Shown here in pieces: positions 1 to 12,733 of a DNA stretch of 64,000 nt (position 1 is the stretch's first letter; every line of letters starts with the position of its first letter). A model generated the notes under the pieces. It was not told where the DNA came from, ran no database searches, and was given only the letters and a program-made list of their open reading frames with translations. A program made the translations under genes and the position numbers. The DNA is from Camelus ferus (lineage: Eukaryota): assembly GCF_009834535.1 (NCBI RefSeq), contig NC_045698.1:5892001-5956000 (forward strand), in the 5' to 3' direction.

Positions 1-975
1 AGCATGTCAATTTATACAGAAAAAATTATTTGACAAAATTCAACAGCCCTTCATGATGAAAACACTTGGCAAATTAGAAATAGAGAGAAACTTCCTTAAT
101 CTGATAAAGAGTATATATTAAAAAAAAGATTAAAATTAAATAATGTCACGCTTAATGGTGAAAGACTGATACTTTCCTCATAATATCAGGAACAAGACAA
201 GCATGTCTACTCTCATTATTTCTAGTCAACATTGTATTGGAGGTCTAGCAGGGCAGTTAGGCAAGAATATTAAATAAAAGTTATACAAATGGGAAAGAAA
301 GAAGAAATATTATCTTTATTTACAGGTAGCAGGATCTTATATATGAAAAATCCCAAGGAATTTGCTAAAAAAAAAACTATTAGAACTAATAAAAGAGTTC
401 AGCATGGTTGTGATATATAAGCTCACAACTGTATTTCTATACACTTGCAAGGAACCATCTAAATACGAAATTAAGAAAAATTTTCATTTATAATAGCATC
501 AAAAAATAAAATTCTTAGAAACAAATTTAATAAAAGGAATGTAAATGTTATACTCTAAAAATTAGAAAGTACTGTTGAAACAAAGAAGACCTAAATAAAT
601 GGAAAGATATCCCATGTTCATGGATCAGAAGTCTTAATAATGTTAAGATGGCAATACTTCCCAAATTGATCTAGGGATTCAATGCAATTCTTACCAAAAT
701 CTCAGCTGGCATTTTTACAGAAACTGACAAGCATATCCTAAAATTCATATGGAAATACAAAGAAGGCTTGAAAAGGAACAAAGTTGAAGGACTCATATTT
801 TCCACTTTAAAAACTTACTATAAAGCTATAGTAATCAAGACAATGTTGTATTAGAATAAGAATAGACATATAGATCAATGGATATAATTGAAAGTCTAGA
901 AGTAACCCCCCACATTTATGGTCAATTGATTTTTGATAGAAGTGCCAAGACAATTCAAGAGGGAAAGAATAATCT
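1..975 (+). mobile_element. Degenerate LINE-1 ORF2 fragment (RT to C-terminal region), cut by the window edge
   Basis: Typical L1 ORF2 DNA (tttgacaaaattcaacagcccttcatg, FDKIQ.PFM-like; ggaaagatatcccatgttcatggatc; tatggtcaattgatttttga) with many stops and frameshifts. Confidence 0.9.
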
Positions 976-1194
976 TGTGGACCCCATGGTGTTGGCTACA
1001 GAAACAATTTGGGAGAGGCTGAATGATTTCCAGAGAAGAAAACATTGATGAGAAACTGACATGGTAAACTAGCAAAACGTTGAGACTCAGATTTCCACAT
1101 TTCATTTCTAGACCTGCTTTAATCTTATTTCCCTTTTCAGAAAATGTTTGTCAGAGTCCCCAAAACTCAGAGCCAATAGATTAGTCATTAAAAG

Positions 1195-1595
1195 TATGGG
1201 GGAAGAAGAATAATTTTTCTTCTCCCTTACTACGTTCTTGCCTGAGACACCTACTATAATAAAAGATAGATTAACAGGAGAAAAACAAACAGAAGTTTCA
1301 CAACATGTACAGCTCCTGAATACATGGGAGATACTGAGGAAAACTGAATAATTTCCTGAAATGGCCCAAGTCACCACCTTAAGTAACATTTCTAACTGAA
1401 GATTAAAAAAAAGATACTTGGTGGGGATGAGAGGGTTGGGTAACTTCTACTCAGAAGTGAAAATATCATTTACAAAAGGGTAACATACTCATTTTTCAGA
1501 GCTTCTATGTCTATTGTTTCTTAAAAATAATCAGCCTAAAATAATCATTATGCCAGAAAGGCATATTTTGAGGTGGTAAATTCTGCTCCCTTTCA
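1195..1595 (-). mobile_element. MER34-like ERV1 solo LTR
   Basis: Reverse complement starts tgaaagggagcagaatttaccacctcaaaatatgcctttctggcataatgattatttt, resembling the MER34-group LTR start; shares agattaacaggaga with the LTR at 52.9 kb. Confidence 0.75.
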
Positions 1596-2379
1596 AAAAT
1601 ACCTCAAATCACATTGTACATTTTAAATGTAAACAATTATATTTGTAAATTATTCATGATTAAAGTTGAGGGAAAAAAGTACTCAAGCATCTGAAAAGAA
1701 ATCAAATGTGAAGAGAAATATTACCTAAAGAGAACACTTACAATGATTAGGCAAAATTATACATCCCATTTTTATGGGTTTTTATGCTGCTCTTGAGTAA
1801 TTTTTACATCCTCAGAAGCACCTTGATGGTGTCCTCTAAATCATCTAAACAATGTTGGAGATGACTTTTTTCCAAAACCAAACAGAAGATACTTGGAGAA
1901 AATGAAATTTAAGAGCAGTTTAATAAAAGAGAAGTTAATTTTCTTCCTTAGAAGTCACGAATACTTTGTAAGAACAGTAAGAGAAAATGGTTTCACATAA
2001 CTCAGGAATTGATGTGGAGGTAAAATTAAGGAGCAATTCATTCTTCTTCCCACCAATTACCCCTCATCAGCCATTTCTGGGGTTGGGAATGATGAAAAGA
2101 AGAGGTGATAGACATTTGGCATTTTACACTCCTGAGATGGAGGTAGTGAAATTTAAGGTAGCAAGAGTCTCCACACATTTCCACCATGCTCCGCGCTTCC
2201 AAACTAAAGGTCAAGTAACCTCACTCCATTAACTTTCCCTAATAGCAGACAGGCATCATGAGACTCGAGGTAGAGAAGCAGCCCTTCTATCTACTGATGA
2301 TAGACATAAACACAAGCCTGTCTGCATGAACAGTATCTCCATTGGCTGCCATGACCAGCTTATAATGTGGGACAATTAA

Positions 2380-2590
2380 TTACAGTGGTTGGGCTTGGGA
2401 GCTGCGCAGTTCAATGGCTTGGTGTGGAGACTTGCCTTTGCCACTGACTAGGTAACTAGTATTTGCAAGTCACATAACCCCTCCTAATCTCAATATCCTC
2501 ACTTGTAACTTGGAGATTATATTAGTGCATAACTTGGAAGCTGCTTAGAAGATTACATGAGATAATGCATATATAGCTGTTAGCACAGTT
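2380..2590 (+). mobile_element. MIR SINE
   Basis: MIR core-like (gccactgactag...caagtcacataacccc...ctcacttgtaa...gattacatgagataatgcat). Confidence 0.7.
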
Positions 2591-2975
2591 AACATTACCA
2601 AATCACTCAAAACATTAACTGCCATTTAATTGCCCTTTTTGTCATGCTTATCAACTAATTCTGCATTCTAGCATTGTTTTTAAATACAAGCTGCAATCAC
2701 AGTTTAAAAAAAATATTATACAAAACACAAACTATACTGCCCACCTTGACAAATGAATTTCTTCCTTAGTAACTGATGGTCTCAGTGATGTTTCCTTTAG
2801 TGACCAAGACTGTCCCAGTGATATACTGATACTTTCCTTGATGTGATAAATGATATATGTGAGCAATATTTTAAAAACTAATAACATGTGGGAATTCTAA
2901 AAATTATTGATCCTATATGTGTAAGTTAGAATTTTTACTTTAAGAAGAAACACAATCACTTTCCATTCTTGTGCC

Positions 2976-3515
2976 TGTGTCCAGGGTCTCCAAAATCATC
3001 CACAGGTTCAGTGATTTGTTAAAAGAACTCACATGACTCAGCATACAGTTATACTCGTAACTAAGACTTATTACAATGACAGCTACAAAGGACAAGGGGA
3101 AAGGACACATGGGGACGAGATCTGGGGGAAACCAGGCACAAAATTCCAAGGCCTCTCCCAATGGAGTCACACAAGACAAGGTTAATTCCTCCAGCAATGA
3201 GCTGTCATAATATGTAATGTGTCCTCTAACAAGGAAGCTCTTTAGAGACTCAGTGACCACGTTTTGGGGGGACTCATAGGCACCCTCCACTACCATGCAT
3301 CGAAAATTTTAGTCTCCCAGAAGGAAAGCAGATCAGCATAAACTACATTGTTTGCATAAACGGTCTAGGCACATCATCACTTAGGAAAAGTTCTGTATCA
3401 GTGTAGGCCACTGTTCACCATTCAAGTTCCCAGAAGCCCACAAAGCGCAAACTTGACAAGCAGGTCCTTCTAAGGATCGCAGTCTCAGGCCTGCTGTATT
3501 AACTGTCTCTGCACA
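2976..3515 (-). mobile_element. MER21-like solo LTR
   Basis: Reverse complement starts tgtgcagagacagttaatacagcaggcctgagactgcgatccttagaagg; flanked by near-identical 5-mers gtgcc/atgcc (TSD). Confidence 0.85.
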
Positions 3516-6500
3516 ATGCCTTTTAGCATTTGTAGACACAATTATTTAGACTTTTTAGTTATAGCTACTTTAAAAAAAATCTGTATATAAGCTTTTCTTA
3601 AGCATACTGAATAAAACTGGTATTTGATATTATTTAAATAGAAACTTACTTTCAGTTTTTTAAATGACTTAGATTAGAAAACAGAGGGAAGATTGATTTA
3701 GGAAAATGTACCCAAACAGTTAAAAGGAAGTAATTCTTATTTCCATTTGGACATTAGCTGTACTTTTTTGACAGACTTTTCTTTTCCTATCTCAATTCAG
3801 TGCACTATCATTTTAAGTTAGAGTGCTTAGAAATTAAAAAAAATTGTACCTAGTGGAAAAATAAAACTTAAGTTCCACTTAATGAAAAATAGATCACCAA
3901 GTATTTTATATCATTCTTGAGGGCTATTTACTATGTTCATAACTGTCTTGATCACAGAGTATTGTTCTAACTATGACTTTTTCTGTTATTGACTTACTTT
4001 AAAAAATTAACCTTAAACTATAGTTAATAATACTGCATGCTCATTTGAAAGTTACCAGGAAAGCAGATCTTAAAAAAAGAAGTAATCCTTTCTAGATTCT
4101 AGATTCCAAGTGATATTTAAAAAAAATTATTCAGTATAAGTTAAAGCATAGAGTAAAAATGCCCTATGGCATTAAAACTTTTATCACTTAACATCTCATG
4201 TCTTAATTTAGGGAAACAGAGCTCCATTTTATTTTTATAATTATCATTGTTATTATTTTCACTAGTACTTTTATTGGTTTTAACATATATCAAGAAGACT
4301 AAGGTATGAGCAGTAAAGAGCTTAATAAAACAGTAAAGTAAATTATGTAATTAATATTTATTAATTATATAACTAATAATATTAATCACACCAGGGCCCA
4401 GTACTGTTTAGTCTAAATTCATCAGGAGTGAGGATAAGCAGGCCTGACTTCAGCTCCACTGCTCACTTGTCTGTACTGTATGTTACACGTATCTTGATGT
4501 TTGTGCTAGTAAAATTCAGTTCTGTGGAACTGAAAGGATATTGCTAAACTCAGATGAATTTGTACCTTAAAAACTATGAAGGTCAGTGTAAGTATATTAT
4601 CCTTTTATTATCTCAGCTGTCAAATATTTTTACTTTCATATTTAATATAATTCCTATTTTTCTGCATATAATTTTTAAGTTATAAGTTATATAACTTACA
4701 AGTTATTTTCTGTGTCAAGTTGTCAGCTATTTGCATGCATCTAGAAAGCAGAGGTGGCTGTCTATAATTTTATATCCATACAGGAATTAATGTGAATATA
4801 TTTTTATCAACATATCCAACTTCGTTTGACACTTTCAACATGCCAAATTTAGTAATAAACCAGCCAAAATTCATGTTCTTTCCACAGATTTCCCCAATTC
4901 TGCAGCATCTGAGAAGTCCTAAAAAGCCTATTTACTCTTAGCACCAAAGTTCTAAATAGAAAAGAGAGTGATTAAATGATAAGGAAAGATTATGTTCTTA
5001 TTTCCAAGAACTTTAAAGAAGCAAGGCTTTGTGGCTACTGATCAACATGCAACCCACGAAGGCATTTTATTTAAGCTGTGAACTGATGCCACTCAACTCC
5101 CCACTTCATGGTCTTGTTTTGTTTCGTTTTCCATATGGTGTAATTAGCCCTTTGCATCATATTATTTTAAATTAACACAATGGAGCCCATTTCCTGATAG
5201 TCAACAAAACCTTTAAGCTTAAAGGTTAGCCAGAACACCCAAGCGCAACATAATTTTATTTTAATTATTTATTGAATGTATAATGTGTGCTGCAGCAAGG
5301 CAGAGAGGTATGTATTCAGGGTCACTGCATAACTGACCTTTTTTACTTTACTAATTAAAGTCTCTCTGTCTGGAGTTCAAGGCAACTGCATTTTAGGCTA
5401 ACCTCTACTGCAAAGTAAATACTATCAGAGTGAAGTGTCTCAGTAGCCAAAGTATGGAATGGTAGATTTGAGATTTATTATGTTATATTTTAAGATGTAG
5501 AACTTCATGTGTCAAAGTAAAATATTGCTGGATTGTTTATTACTATAAGGCAAAGTCTACCATAATTCATATCGTTTTCAATTGGGTGTAATGGAGTTAA
5601 AAACATAGTAAAAGACTGCTTCTGTTCTTGAAACCATTTATCCCAACACAATCACATAGTTATACTTTTATCCTAATAGATACTAACATGGACACAAGAT
5701 GGCAACAAATGGTGACTGGGGACAAAAGGCAACTTGGAATCCCAATCACTCACTGCTGTCTGGTCGACCAACAAAGGCAAGGTGACTTTCCTGGATTCCA
5801 GACTTCATCCTTCTTCACTGACCCAACATACTGCTCATGACTCATGAAAGCCTGCTTAACCATGGCCACACACAGAGCTCAAGAAATAGCCATTTATAGT
5901 GGGGACAGGCAGGCAGATGAAGCGGAACCAGCAGAACAGTCACAGAGGGAGGGGAAGAATCAGAACAGATGGTGTTCTGTAAGTCAAGTAAGGAGACAAT
6001 CCCCATGATACTCAAGTGGTCAACACAACTTGACTTTTTTGTTTGCTAAGAGGAACTGAGCAGCTAGTTGGATATAAGACTCGGTCATTTATAGAACACC
6101 AGTCATCAGCTCTCTCCAAGAGTCACCATTTACTATTTTGCCTCCTGCTCTGGGAAGAACTTCAAAGAAGTCAAAATAATATTTACACAGACAGGGCCCA
6201 GGTAATGTGCTTAATCCTGGCTGGATTTCTAACAGCACAGAGATGTGGGGGCTGCAAGAAAATGGGCCCAGAATGTGTTTGGGAAAGGCTGTTTGACTCA
6301 GCTTGATGGTGAGCAGCAAGGAAATGCTGCATGAGCTGTGAGATGCACCATAAAATTCATCACAATCACTTTGATTCCTTGGTAATACAGACAAATAAAA
6401 TAGACCAACTTTTTAAATGGTCATCTGCAAGGTTTCTCCAATTTGCGTTTGTTCAAGTAAATTAAACTGTGAGAAAATAACTTGTCTCCAAACTTGGATA

Positions 6501-8544
6501 CCTTTTCTAAAGTCCTAACCCAAGATATCAAACTGATTCTTTTAGGGTATTTTTTTCAAAAAATATTAAAAATGCTGTAATCATTAAAATGAAAAGATCG
6601 AGAAGTTAGTTAAGACAAAAAACTTTTAATTTGTAGAGGTGATAAAGTTAGAATTGTCAAGCTAGTCTAAACAATCATAAAAAGCTGTTTGGGAATTCAG
6701 CTTCCAGAACTTCTTATGTGCCTGTCCTGAGTCACTACAAATGGTTTGGAGACGGAATCTAAAACTCTGTGCATCCACAGTTCTGCCCTGCTAGAAGGTA
6801 CCTTCACTCTCTGTAAACACCTCTTCTCCCTGAGTTTAACAAACAATTTTACTAATGAGAAATAGAACCTGCAGAAGGGTTCTATGTATGTATGGGCACT
6901 TTCACTGCAAATTCTAACTCTGATTTGAATTAGCAACATCTTGATTATGTATGCCACGTAATTTTGATTTGTAAATAGCTATGAATTGAAAAAAAAGTAA
7001 ACAAACAAAAAACAAGCCTGTGGAAGACCCCATTGCAGCCCCAGACATGATAAGACAGCCTGGGATCCTTGCTGCTACTGAGGCCTGAGTAATACCCTCA
7101 CTAAAGAGTTCAGGAAGAAGGCTGGTCCAGTCATGAGATCCTTCAGAACAGTCACAGCATTCAAGCTTCCAGATGGTTGTACTGTTTAAAAAGCAAACAA
7201 TGTTGTTGATAATTTCATTTAGAAGTCTGTAATTTGGGCAACAGAACCAGATTTAGATTCTGTTCAAACATATTAAATGGAATAAAAATCTTTATACACC
7301 TTAAAAATATATATATATGTATATACATACACCTTTGTAGGCAGGTTTTGATTGAACAAGTTGACTCTTCTAGAATTAAACTACAAATCCAGTTTCATTA
7401 CACATCATTAGAAGCTTCCAAAATCATGTCATTAGAAACGTAATAGAAACAAACATCATCTTCAAATGGCCACTGTCATGGAAAGAGTTATTGGTTGGTT
7501 CATTATCTGCTGTCCCCATTGAATGTAAGCTCCACGAGAGTACGTTGCTGCCTGTCTATTCACCATCTTACTTATCAGTGCTCAGATGAACCACAAAATA
7601 GTAAAAATTCAATAAATTTTAGTGACTCAATGAATAAAATAAACTGATAAAGGCATAATTACAAAATGAGAAGTTTTATCAAGGAATATAAATGATTATT
7701 AGGATAAAATAAAGGATATTTTGTTTGAGAAAGTGCCAATTATACTGAACGTGAAGAATGAATAGGTTGTTTGCTTGGCAAAGAATTGATGGGGATGGGG
7801 AGGGAGTGGGTAAAATTCCAGGCCAAGGGTGTCCAGCATGGAGGACCACAGGAAGGGAAAAGATAGGTGAGGACACAGAACTACAAGGAGCCCCCTGCAG
7901 CTGCCCTCCAGTACCTTGAGCTGTATGTGTAATTAGCAGAGATGGGACATTACTGCATTACTTAATGTACTACTGCAATAAGTTATTTGGAAATTGAACA
8001 GGTCTAGTTGTCATACTTAATGAGTATTTCCCCCTAGATTTATAACAAAATATTACTTTTTCCTAAGGGAATAAATACCAAGGGAATAGTTCCAAGAATG
8101 CTTTGATGTACCATTCTACAACAAAAATATTTTGCTATATTATCTTTGAGCCAACAAGAAATCATCATGACAAACACAGGATTCTATTTCACTTAAAAAT
8201 GTCATCTGACAAATGCTCTATTGTCTTAAATTACACAAAATTACATTAAAATTACATTCAAACAATCATGAAAAATGGCTTATATTATGAAAAGTTAAGA
8301 AGCACTAGCAAAGGTACTAAGTATTGTCTTTGCAATTAAAGTAAACAAAGCATAAAAAAAAAAAAGAAAAATTAAGATTTCCTACAAGTAGCGCAGAAGA
8401 TGAAGATAATGGAGCACTGTGTATTTTACTGCTTGTCAAGAAAAAAGGCAGACCCAAATCTTGGCATTGAAATCACATGTTTGGAATTTTAAACCTCAAA
8501 TCAGAAGTTGGTAGAAAACTCCTTAGAGAGGGAAGAGCTCCAAC

Positions 8545-8836
8545 CTGTGGCCAAACAGATGATACGGTGAGCACAGTCTGGCCCTGTTCCACACCCACAG
8601 TCACATGGGAAAAGTGGCTGTTAACCTCCGGGAAGGATGCACCGTGGTCACTGGCTGCACCGTCTCGCACATCTGAATGAACGTCTGAGCATCCTGCAGG
8701 CTTCTTTCTGTCAGGCTCCTGCCTAGGCTCTGGGTCACAGTGCTGCCCTGCTGGAGGAGACAGGCCATTACTGGAACCAGTCCCACTGACACCCACAGCT
8801 GACCCTGGCCACCGCTGGTGGAGGCTGATTTGGAAG
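8545..8836 (-). other. Candidate internal exon (292 nt, one open frame FQISLHQRWPG...VSSVWPQ), product unrecognised
   Basis: GC-richer unique block in an AT-rich context; acceptor ggtttatttag| and weak donor CAG|GTTGGA; no homologue recognised. Confidence 0.25.
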
Positions 8837-10103
8837 CTAAATAAACCATAATGCATAACTGAAGTGTGCAAACATGCTTGCTTCTCCATTTTCCCCAAAG
8901 CCCCTTCCTTAGTGTCACTCTCATTTTAGCTTTGAACTCATCATATTTGGGGAGTCTCTCAAATCCATCATAAAAGGAAATGATAAGAAGTGAAAAAAAA
9001 TATATAGAGTGGAAGTTATTGCTGACTTCAATTTGAATAGCATATGCATAAAAACTCCTCAGCATATTTTAAGTCGCTTGGGAACTGTGTTTCTAAATGT
9101 GTATTATTGTATCTGTCGGATAAATCAGGTACCCAAATTGAAAATGCAGCAGTCGAGAACATCATATAGATTTATTACTATCCCTAGTGGAGCAATGGGC
9201 CTACATAAGGCCATGAAGAGAGAATTATGCTAGTTTCATCGGGAGAGCTTATAATATTGTTGTAGCATCATTCACAGGGGCTGTAAAAATCTCTATCTTA
9301 TTGCTTTATTTTGTTATTCCAAGTTTTAGGAAGTAATAAGCTTACTTAGACAATAGTAAATTTACTAGAAAGCTGAGGATCAGAGACAGGAGAGTGGACC
9401 CACGTTTGGTTCGGTAACATCAGTTAGGATTTGTGGTAACTGAAACTTTACAGAATATACCACATGCAGACATACTATGACTGGTCTGAATATATTTTTA
9501 AAAATTTGTTTTTGATATTTTTATAATGAAGCTCAGAGTTTACATTACTATTGTAGTACTGCAGCCTCATATTTGAGCATGGTTTTAAAGCTATCCACAA
9601 TAATTCCTAACTTGTAACTGATACCTATATGGGGAGGAGTTCATGGCTGTTTAATTGAGATGGCTGTACTTATATAGTGAAAAGTGGTAAAGAATCTTCC
9701 CTAACCACTCTTTTTTTCCTGTACCTGAATCCCTTTTCTATTTCTCTAATGAATTTGGAAATTCTAGTATATACATTCTGCATACATTTCCAGATGCTGA
9801 TAAACAGAGGTAATGTGAAAAAGGCAAGAATAAGGAAAAGAAAATCTAATCACTTATTAATGGTGATTATTACCAAGACAAGCACTTTATACATTTCCAA
9901 TAGAAGGATGCTTATATTAAAACTTATTCATCACTACAAAGCAGTCAAGGTGGTATCATGAGTGTAAGTGAGCATACATATGTTAGCATAATTAGCTTGA
10001 ACTGGTAAACCTAAAGAAAAGTCTAGGCACACATTTTATTTACATGGATTTTCCCACCAATCTGTCCCTTATCAGTAACTGAGGTGAAGATGTGGCCTTG
10101 ATA

Positions 10104-10815
10104 TTTTAATTAAGCTTTTCATCTCGAGTTCAATGCAGAACATGTAGTTCTAAAGTTTATTACAGAGAGAGTCGGTGGCAATACCCTACAAAACTAGCGT
10201 GCAGTGCAGAACACTGACGCCGATGCTGTCCAGACAGGGAACCCTGTCCTACAAGGATCCCTCCTCTCAGCCTCCTGCTGCCATGCCTGTCTCCCCTCCT
10301 CTCCCTGCCCCAGTCCCTGGCAACACCAATCTGTTCTCCATTTCCATACATTTGTCATTTCAAGAATGCTATATGAAAGGAATTGTGTGGTGTATAACTT
10401 CTTGGGATTGGCTCTATTCACTCAAAATAATTCCCTGCAGATCCACGTTGCTGAATACTAGCAGTTCACGTTTTTATTGCAGAGTAGTATTCGTGGGATA
10501 AATGATAAAGCGTGGAATTGCTGGGATGTATGACATTTACAGGCTTAATTTTATATAAATCTGCTAAACGGTTTTCCAGAATGGCTACACATTTTTGATT
10601 CCCATCGACAATGTACGTATATTTAGTTTTTTTTGCATCCTTGTAAACATGTGGTGTTGTCACAACCTGTCATTTTAGCCATTCTAATACATATGTAGTA
10701 TTTTCTCATCGTGGTTTTAATTTGCATTTCCTTAATGCCTAAAAATGTTGGACATTTTTTCATGTGTTTATTTGCCATTGGCATATTCTTTTAGGTGAAA
10801 TCTCTCTTCATGTTT
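10104..10815 (-). mobile_element. Old L1 (L1M-type) 3' end and ORF2 tail
   Basis: ccctggcaacaccaatctgttctccattt and gtggttttaatttgcatttccttaatg are antisense L1 3' signatures. Confidence 0.85.
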
Positions 10816-10819
10816 GTAA

Positions 10820-11752
10820 AATTATAGAACTTTTAGTTTTCTGAGGAAATCCTTTTTGCTCCATTGGGCAGCACTGGCAGGGACTAGAAGGGCTCAAGTG
10901 GTATCACATAAACCAAACAGATAAAATAAAGCAACACCCTTAATACAATAAAAAGTAAACTACCACTGGAACCGCAGCCCTCAGAAGCAGTTTAGGACCT
11001 GCATGCTAAACCTGCGCAGAGTGGATGCCTACCAAAATAAGCCACCTAAATAATATCGGAGTCTCCTAACAGAGTAAGCAAAATGTCTAGGATATAGTCA
11101 AAATTCACCTGTCATACCAGAACCAAGAAAATCACAACTTGAATGGGGAAAAAAAAAAAATCAATCAATCAGTTGACAACAGCCCTATGATAAATCACAT
11201 GTTGGATTCATCTGACAAGGATTTCAAAGTAGCCATCACAACAACTTCCACAATCTATCACACTTCCTCTGAAAACAAATGAAAATACAGAAAATCTCAT
11301 CAATAAAATAGAAGTCATAAGAAAGAACCAAGTGAAATTATAGAGCTGAAAAATGCAAATTTAAAAAACTCACTGGATGGGGTCTGTAGCAGACTGGAAA
11401 TGACAGAGGATGAACTTGAGGACAAATCAACAGAGTTCACCCAATCTGAATAACAAAGAGAAAATAGACTTACTAGAAAATGGAGCAGAGATTCAGGGAC
11501 CTGTGGGACAACAACAAAAGACCCAAAATATTTATTTTCAGAACCCAAAAGAGAGGGGAGAGAGGATGAGACTAATAGAGTATTTGAAAAAATGACTGAA
11601 AATTTCCAAAATACGGAAAAGATATACAATCACAGATTCAAGAAGTTGAGAAAATCCAAATAGGAAAAGCCAAATAAACCTACACCAAAACACAGCATAA
11701 TTAAACTTCTGGAAACTATAGACAAAGAAAAAATCTTGAAAGCAGCCAGAGG
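10820..11752 (+). mobile_element. Old L1 5' region/ORF1 fragment
   Basis: A-rich ORF1-like DNA ending in gacaaagaaaaaatcttgaaagcagccagagg (DKEKILKAAR). Confidence 0.8.
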
Positions 11753-11870
11753 CATTTTCCCAAAAATGAGAAGAAATTGCTGACAAAATTGTGCAGTTTT
11801 ACCTTCAATGAGGAAACTCAAGAAATTTGAGAATGATATAGACTTCTAATTAAATTCTATTTTTAACATT

Positions 11871-12733
11871 TGAACTAAGCTGAAGATCTCCAGGAACTGA
11901 CCAGCAGTTGAATAATTTGGGTTTAGTACTTGCTGCAGCAAAGATGAGCATGTGCCACGGAGAATAGTGGGTGTCTCTGTAAGAAAGCGTTAAAATGAAG
12001 CTACACAGATACACAGTATGTAGATTTTGGTTAGGTGATTCAGGGTAGGATCAAGGGACTTGCTGTAGATTGGATCCTATCAGTAAGCTGGGGTGATTCT
12101 ATGATTAGATAAAGAAGTAACAGTCACTCACTTGGCAAACAAAAAGGGTGTGTTTGGTGTTCTGTGGGTGGCATATTGACTTTCTCAGTCACTTTGGGAT
12201 GCTAGAGCAGAATGCCACAGACTGGGTGGCTTAAAGCAGCAGAAATTTATTTCTCACAGTTCTGGAGGCTGGGAAGTCCAAGATTAAGGTACCAGGATGG
12301 TCAAGATCTGGTGAGAGCCCTCTTCTGGGCTGTAGAATACCGATTTCTCACTGTGTCCTCACAGAGTGGAAAGAGACTGACAGAGCACTCTGGGGACACC
12401 AATCCCATTCATGAGGGCTCTACTCCCAAGAACCAAAAACCTCCAAAAGACCCACCTCCTGGTACCATCACACTGAGAGTAGGATTTCAACATATGAATT
12501 TGGTGGGGACACAGTTCATAGCTGCGACCTTCTTTTTTGCCCATGTTTAGACAAAATTATAAAGTGGCCTTGTTTTGTCTCACTGTATCATATGTAGCAT
12601 CAGAGTAATTCAGTTTTCTATGAACTTGTTTATATCCAACAGGAGGGTAACACAGTCCTTCTGTGAGTGCCAGGCCAATTTCCAGATGTTAGGAGCTGCT
12701 CTTTCTTTCTTTTTGTTTTAATTTCCTTTCTCA
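11871..12733 (-). mobile_element. MER67-like ERV1 LTR, interrupted by an MLT1A-type LTR
   Basis: Reverse complement near the right end reads agcagctcctaacatctggaaattggcctggcactcacag, resembling the MER67 5' end; the sequence continues on both sides of the MLT1 insert. Confidence 0.6.
12178..12523 (-). mobile_element. MLT1A-type MaLR LTR
   Basis: cacagactgggtggcttaaa...agaaatttatttctcacagttctggaggctgggaagtccaagat...ggatttcaacatatgaattt. Confidence 0.9.

Noticed and set aside
4683..4698. AT-rich 16-bp palindrome taagttatataactta and other short local duplications (e.g. ~26890, ~48900, ~60180)
   Set aside because: Expected by chance or slippage in AT-rich DNA
6043..6957. Several 86-101 aa ORFs with nearby AG/GT sites
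   Set aside because: No consistent exon chain or recognisable protein; compatible with chance
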